Shown here one piece after another: positions 55,501 through 64,000 of a stretch of 64,000 bases of DNA. Source of the DNA: Bolinopsis microptera (lineage: Eukaryota); the NCBI RefSeq assembly GCF_026151205.1, contig NC_087076.1, positions 16,389,142-16,453,141 of the forward strand, read 5' to 3'. The notes below the pieces were generated by a model that saw only the letters and a program-made list of their open reading frames with translations, was not told where the DNA came from and did no database searches. Made by a program: the position numbers and the translations under genes. Positions within the stretch are counted from its first letter, which is position 1. Each line of letters begins with the position of its first letter.

Positions 55501-55670
55501 TCCGGGTCCCACCGTGCTATCTCACTCCACAACGGCTGTTCTGCATCTTGGTGGGAACAGCTACCAAACGATATCCTCTCTATCGGAGTGTCGTCAACAA
55601 AGTCAGCACCAGAGGACAGGTGAAACAGGGCGGAAAAGAGGAGAAGTGGGAGCAACAGGGGAAGAGCCAT
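52560..55670 (-). CDS. PhoD-like metallophosphatase (alkaline phosphatase D family) multi-exon gene; exons approx 55440-55670 (signal peptide, start at 55670), ~55010-55204, 54452-54705, 53746-53920, ~53396-53517, ~52990-53170, and a possible terminal TM-anchor exon ~52560-52690
   Basis: Exon 1: MALPLLLPLLLFSALFHLSSG..ISFGSCSHQDAEQPLWSEIARWDPDYFIWLGDAVYTD, donor GTACGT. Then VGVWDDHDYGVNDGG; then ..ILIDPRSQL..AVLGAEQWAWLDTEL; then ..ISRRPNTIIISGDSHFAEI. These match the PhoD blocks (GDxxY, WDDHE, GxxQ..WL, SGDxH). The 3' exons and the exact exon 2 donor are uncertain. Confidence 0.55.
53923..54261. repeat. 12-bp minisatellite (AGTAGTGGTAAT)n ~28 units, with A/G/C variants, filling the PhoD-like intron
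   Basis: Direct reading of the sequence. The three listed ORFs over it (GNSS, ITTT and VVVI repeats) are translation artefacts. Confidence 0.85.
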
Positions 55671-56073
55671 GTAGCATCCTACCTCTTACAAGTTACTGTC
55701 TGGTCTTTACATGCTACGGGAAATGTGTGAACTGTTAAATATACAGTGTACAATGGTTCTATTCTGAAAAAGGAATTGGGCGATTGAAAGTTACGGTAGT
55801 TGTTGTATTGTTAGAGCTGTGAAACAAGAATTGAATACCATAAAATGATATAATTTTACTTGATTCGGATAAGAAAAACACAGATGTAAACCACCACAGG
55901 TAAATGACATTATCGTGCTAAAAACTGAACACAATCAGCGACTCAAAATGAAAATAATAAATTAACTTCCCTAATCCCCAAAGAAATGGTTTGATACTGA
56001 TACGGAGCGCAAAGTGCTTTAAATATATCGGGGAAAATCGGTTAAAAAATGAAAAGTTAAAATCATCAGTTTC

Positions 56074-58974
<2,901 letters not shown>

Positions 58975-60292
58975 TTTGATCTATAAACGGTTAAGAATGA
59001 GATTAAATAAGAGTTCAAGTTCGGTTTACCGACAGTTTACTTACTACTATAGAGATGAATACTGATAAGGATTAGAGAGGTTGACTAAATTTTGTTTGAC
59101 ATGTATGACAATGATTTTGTGCTCTATATAGAAAAAAAATTTGGTTCATATAGATCCATGGATGATCATTTTGTCACAAAGTTCACCATAATTAGGGATA
59201 GTTCACATGTTACGTAAGCCTTATTTTTTGTCATTTTAGACCCCATCCCCCTCTGTAAAACACTTAACATTATATAGCTACATTCTACAATTGTGTTGAA
59301 ATTGCAGTAAAGCTTTAGCGAAACCGATGGCATTGCTTGTGACAGGTACCACCTACCCCAAAATGCCTGTGGTGTATAAAAACTCCTCATGGCAGCCCAG
59401 CTGTTTACAGTTCTCTTAGAGGATTGTGCAGGCCGTGGCCCCTCCTTCTATGCTTATTAGGGATTGTACCCTCCTACCTGGCTTGCCTTGCCAGGTGGGA
59501 CTTTTCAATTCAATCAAATTGTTTCACTAATTGGCAGGAATCCAAATCATATACACACAGCAACCAGGAGTAGCATAAAGCTAATTGTTCTAGGAGATGG
59601 TTAAAGGAAAGGAATTAATGGTCTGGCAGACACTGGTCTATCCCAAATAGCTTACAACGCGAATGTAACTAGGTTGTTTTCTTGAAGAGGAGTCATATTC
59701 TCTTATTTGTAAGACCACACCATCTAAGACATGTGTGACAGCAGCCTCTGAAAGTGATAGGAAAATCAGTCGACATGAAGAAATTTACAGAGACCCTAAG
59801 ACAAATATTCCTGCTTAAACAATCAAGAGGTAGAAAATTAAAGAAACGAACGATATTAAATTATTTTAATAAACTTCGGATTTGCTGTAAATGATTTAAA
59901 CAAAATTGTGTTTTACCAAACCAGTCTGATGTGAGACTCGGAATTGATTGAAATAAATTTTCGTGCACATACAGAATGAATGGTTAATAATTTAATATAT
60001 ATATGTAGACCAAGCTCTGTGCACGGGATGCTTCCTGGAAGAATCCAGTTCTTTTAGCGGGGCACCCTACCTAAAGCCAAATTGAGATATAATAATCATA
60101 TTCCTAGGGAAATAATCAGAAATCGAATACCAATCAAATAATATGATATATAGGAGTAGTAACCATATTTACTATGCAAAATGCCCCAACCTCATAGTGT
60201 AAATTTATTTAAAATTCAAATTCCATACCACCACTAAACCCCAACAGTCAACACAACAGCCCAAGCAAAATACTTGCATCATCATGTACCCA

Positions 60293-60550
60293 ACAGCAGT
60301 GGCGTAACGAACAGTGGCCTAACGAACAGTGGCGTAACGAACAGTAGCGTAACAAACAGTGGCGTAACGAACAGTGGTGTAACAAACAGTGGCGTAACGA
60401 ACAGTGGCGTAACGAACAGTGGCGTAACGAACAGTGGCGTAACGAACAGTGGCGTAACGAACAGTGGCGTAACGAACATTGGCGTAACGAACAGTGGCGT
60501 AACGAACAGTGGCGTAACGAACAGTGGCGTAACGAACAGTGGCGTAACGA
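60293..60550. repeat. 15-bp minisatellite (AACAGTGGCGTAACG)n ~17 units
   Basis: Direct reading of the sequence. ORFs 60274-60642 (+) and 60282-60626 (-) are artefacts. Confidence 0.85.
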
Positions 60551-60699
60551 AGGGCCCCACCGACCCTGCTATGCTGGGGGGCGCCATCTTAGGGGGGCGC
60601 CAAATCATCATTAGAATGTGGGACAATTTTGAAAAAACTTAACTATCGTACTAGCAAAACTGCGTGTTTTGCTCTAGAAACATACTTTTTTACCAGCAG

Positions 60700-61100
60700 A
60701 TCCTCTAAAATCATATATGTTCAATTTTAGGGAGGGGCACAAAAAGGGGAGGGGGCGCCAACAGGGGGGGGGGGCTTTTTCAGCGGGGCGCCAAGAGGCA
60801 ACAATATGCCACTGCCTGCAAGCAGACTGTCATTGTCCACTTATTCACTGAGATGCAGGTTCAATTTCAGATGACGAAAAAGTTATTCATAATATAGAAT
60901 ATAAATAACCATCCTCCTCCATGTTCAGTGTAATTTTTCATTGGAGAAGGACCCTATAATTTTCGGACTTGACTATCCTCTAAAATCACCTAATTTGTTC
61001 AATTGTAGGGAGGGGCACCAAAAGGGGAGGGGCGCCAACAGGGGGGCGCTTTTTCGGCGGGGGGCGCCAACAGGCAACGTTACGCCACTGTTGTACAGGC
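60700..61100. repeat. Two copies of a ~130-bp G-rich block (..CCTCTAAAATCA..TTCAATT.TAGGGAGGGGCAC.AAAAGGGGAGGGG.CGCCAACAGGGGGG..GGCGCCAA.AGGCAAC..T..GCCACTG) at 60700-60830 and 60975-61095; second copy ends in one inverted minisatellite unit
   Basis: Direct comparison of the two blocks. The runs GGGAGGGG..GGGGAGGGGG..GGGGGGGGGG could form G-quadruplexes. Confidence 0.5.
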
Positions 61101-63614
61101 CTGAACATACGAATTGTCTTTAAGACAAAGGCTGTGAAATGTTCACAGCTCTGATAATGTAGGCATTAGGACGACTGTTCTTAGAAATGGTGATGATGTT
61201 TACGTGATTGTCCTGGATTTGAATTGATCTTCAAATTTGATTCCAACAACTCACTTTGATGAATACATACGAATCTCTTGAGCTTCAAGAACATACATGA
61301 TCTCAAAAAATTCTGCTCGATCTCGCCATCTTTATGGTTAAACAGTTTGACGAACGGCTTAACAGTGATCACAGATCAAATCAAGTTTTTAAAAACAGGG
61401 ACAGGAATTTTGTCAAACATGTGTTATTAATCGTCCTTAGCGGCAACGTATCTTGAACACCGTTAGAACTAGAAATAAAGAAAGAAACAACACTTATACA
61501 CAAGTATAAGGTATCGTTACATAAATCGGTAGCACTAAAACCCTTAAAAGGTATTCATGTGAAAATATGACCCATTTTGATTTGGCGCTCGATTTTCATA
61601 CTATGAGATAAATTGTCGAAAATATGCGCGGCGCTCCAAAATTTTTGTTCCATTTTAAAATCTTTTTTGGCCAAAGTTGTGTTAAATAAATTTTAATTAT
61701 TGGTTATCTAAATAAATGTAAAAAGTAAATTTTCACGATGGAGCATGACACCGAAGCGCTAAATAAAATGCTAAAGTGCTTAAAAAAGTGTTAAAAAATG
61801 AAATGCGTGCAGAAAAGCTTAAATGTTGACAATTTTTTGGATTTTTACCTAAAACAATTGTAAAACAATGGTTTAATCTTTATATGATCTTTTACGGAGC
61901 TGTGTTAAAGCTGCCTTCATGTAAATTGTCGATATGTCAACAAAATTAATTTGTTTTAAAATGAAAACACATGATATTTGTTTTATTATTAAATCAAAAA
62001 TCGATTTTTAAAAATAAAATCAAAAAATAATAATAAAACCAAGAAAACTCATTTTGATTATTTTGGAATTAGTTTCAATAAATTCAATGGTCAACATAGT
62101 ATAAAAGTGTATTCGGGGTCTCTATTGTAGCGCGATGCACTACTGGGTCGCGCCGCGCATCAAATAATTCTTCTCGCAACCACTTCGGTAGATCGGCGAG
62201 ATGCACCTTAAAATTGTATTTTACTTGTTTGGTCGGATATCATCTGGAAATTCAAAAAATCTATTATTACATTTATAATGTCCTTGTCAATTCGGCTACA
62301 GTATTTTATCCGTATGATGCATTTTTCCTTTTTATTTGTATCCCCATCTTCCTATCACTGCCTTCTGTCAAACCCGATCCATACTTAAAGCAATTTTATA
62401 TTTTGATTACTTAATTAATAACATTACTAGGCGGTGCTCAGCCTGTCATTGCGCTGAATCTCTATTCATGATTATGAACATAAATATAATAGCCTTGGGT
62501 CCCCAGGTAAACTTAATATTGCTGTCAGGAGGGTGATTTGCCCTTCATTACAGTTGATTACAGAGGGGGGAGGGATAGAATTGCCAAAGGATTGATCACA
62601 AGATACTAACGTAATATGTGAAGGAGCCCTTACTATAAATTTAGAATGAATGAACTTTTTGACAATTTGAATTTGGAGCCACAAGGCAAAGGTTGATATT
62701 CAAATTTTTCTCCCAATATTTGAGATAGAGAATATATTGATTTTTTGAAGGGTTGTTTTTATATAGGGTCATTGTGACAATTATGTGTATATTACTGAGT
62801 GGAGTTGGGTTAAAAACATATAATAATAATAATAATAAATTAATGTTATTTTTATACAGCACCAAAAGGTTAAATAATTTAAATTTAACCCTTATGCTCA
62901 GCTGTAAATGATACCTAAATGAGTAGTAGAGATCGTGCATCTCCCTTGGACAGGAGTAAAAACGGAAGTTTAAAGCTGCAAGTAAAATCCTGACTAAATA
63001 AGGCAGATACACCTAACAAGAAGATATCCAAAAAAGGTTAGCAGGTTTTCTAACAAAACATAGATGATGACCACAAGAAATCTATGTATGAGACTCATCA
63101 GACTAACAAAATGATATACAAGATAATAAGGATGAAAAATCATAAAATATTAAAAATTCTTTAAGAATTATATATATAGAACTCCAAATATACAAACAAT
63201 CTGAAAACTTCAATATACAATACAAAATTTTTAAAAAAGCTTACTGCAGAACAGTAACTGACGTTACAGAAAATCCAATACAGTCATGTCAAATTATCTG
63301 GGCAACATACAAGTCTAGAGACGGTGAAATAAACAGAGTGGAAAAAGATGCTAAAATACTTGAGACAAAATACAAAGAATAAGGCAGCTTTCTCCTGGGT
63401 GCCAACCCAAAAAATGTTGGTGTCCCGGGATAGAGCCTCCTTTTCTGACCTACACTACAATTTTATTGGCCGACACAGTGAAAAGAATAAAATCTTGAAT
63501 ATTGCCCGAAAATCCTTTAAAAAAATTAGAAGCCTAGAATAATTTAATTTAAAGCGTAAAATTGACCTGCTATAGGATGAAGATTTTAAAATCTTCTGAT
63601 AATGTATTATATAC

Positions 63615-64000
63615 TCAGTACATATCAAAGGACTTTCTAAACAGATGAGCTTTTAGTTTTCCCTTGAAGTCATTGATGTTTACACATTTCCTGATTTCTT
63701 GAGGAAGGTTGTTCCATAATCTTGGAGCAGATGAAGAGAAGGCTCTTGGTGGACTGTTTATAGGGCAATGAAGAGACACATCTCTGCCACCACTGGGATT
63801 GTACTTGACAAGGTTTGACAGGTATGAAGGTGCTAGTCCATGGAGCAGTTTGAAAGTTAGCAGGAGTATTTTAAATTCAATACGTTCTTGTACCTTGAGC
63901 CAATGAAGTTCTTTTATGTAGGGCTCAACTTCTTCTCTCCTCTTTAGACCTTTAACTAAGCGACATGCTCTGTTTTGCAGAGATTGTAGCTGTTTCAAAA
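63615..64000 (-). mobile_element. 3' portion of another CR1/L2-like ORF2 (C-terminal tail) truncated by the window edge
   Basis: The 127-aa ORF LQSLQNRACRLV..FKLLHGLAPSYLSNLV..RAFSSSAPRLWNNLP..INDFKGKLKAHLF parallels the C-terminus of ORF2 at 40600-41061 (..VTHGLAPMYLQELV..RRFSNYAPESWNSLP..FKGKLKNYL). Confidence 0.6.

Overview
This is eukaryotic (metazoan-type) nuclear DNA, about 36% GC, dense in repeats, with multi-exon host genes at the 3' end. It is not a prokaryotic locus, so no operon or defence system is expected. Read end to end, the window contains:

(1) 1-12.3 kb: a tandem array of single-exon carbohydrate 6-O-sulfotransferase (CHST/GST-type) genes on the + strand. Two copies are intact (889-2172, 6259-7512). 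One is disabled by a 44-bp deletion (9207-10407). A fourth is degenerate, its 5' half replaced by a 15-bp minisatellite (11547-12330). Most copies sit behind a conserved ~90-bp upstream module that ends in a splice-acceptor-like CAG. An orphan module plus first-codon fragment lies at 2699-2930.

(2) Between sulfotransferase copies 1 and 2 there is a 2.4-kb block (3568-5951) bounded by 41-bp inverted repeats with TA target-site duplications. It is filled with a ~150/300-bp satellite carrying a palindromic GTGACAAAAATGTGAC-type motif.

(3) Three near-identical, intronless class C GPCR genes on the - strand (Venus-flytrap domain + 9-Cys domain + 7TM): 13205-15760, 18841-21411, 42873-45443. Each lies in a ~3.7-kb cassette whose 5' side abuts the same sulfotransferase pseudogene breakpoint. 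The cassettes are separated by sulfotransferase 3' fragments, an interstitial TTAGGG-like repeat, an I/R1-like RNase H-bearing non-LTR fragment, and a perfect 145-bp-arm palindrome (22074-22402).

(4) A non-autonomous LTR-retrotransposon-like unit (22863-27164): identical ~940-bp direct repeats flanking a Gag-only ORF pair on the - strand.

(5) A nest of CR1/L2-like non-LTR retrotransposons:
- a 5'-truncated + copy (27.7-29.3 kb);
- a - copy with an SGNH-esterase ORF1 plus endonuclease/reverse-transcriptase ORF2 (29.4-35.1 kb);
- a near full-length + copy with a zinc-knuckle ORF1, endonuclease, reverse transcriptase and a (GTTTC)n tail (36499-41444) inserted into a sulfotransferase 3' flank;
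- a 3' fragment at the window end (63615-64000);
- an RTE-like C-terminal fragment (8150-8600).

(6) Small DNA elements: a poly-G/poly-C-capped TIR MITE with an 8-bp TSD (45815-46195), and an 80-130-bp palindromic MITE family (46657-46734; 48329-48459 inside an NDUFAF7 intron).

(7) Host genes on the - strand:
- NDUFAF7 terminal exons (47196-48696);
- an unidentified two-exon ORF (49055-49811);
- a PhoD-like metallophosphatase multi-exon gene (about 52.6-55.67 kb) with an intron made largely of a 12-bp minisatellite;
- a 5-exon KRR1 homologue (56074-58974).

(8) Minisatellites at 11170-11546, 53923-54261 and 60293-60550.

The most notable observation is the recently amplified, intronless class C GPCR cassette that is always fused to a sulfotransferase-pseudogene scaffold. 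Next are the perfect 330-bp palindrome, the TIR-bounded satellite block and the poly-C-capped MITE.
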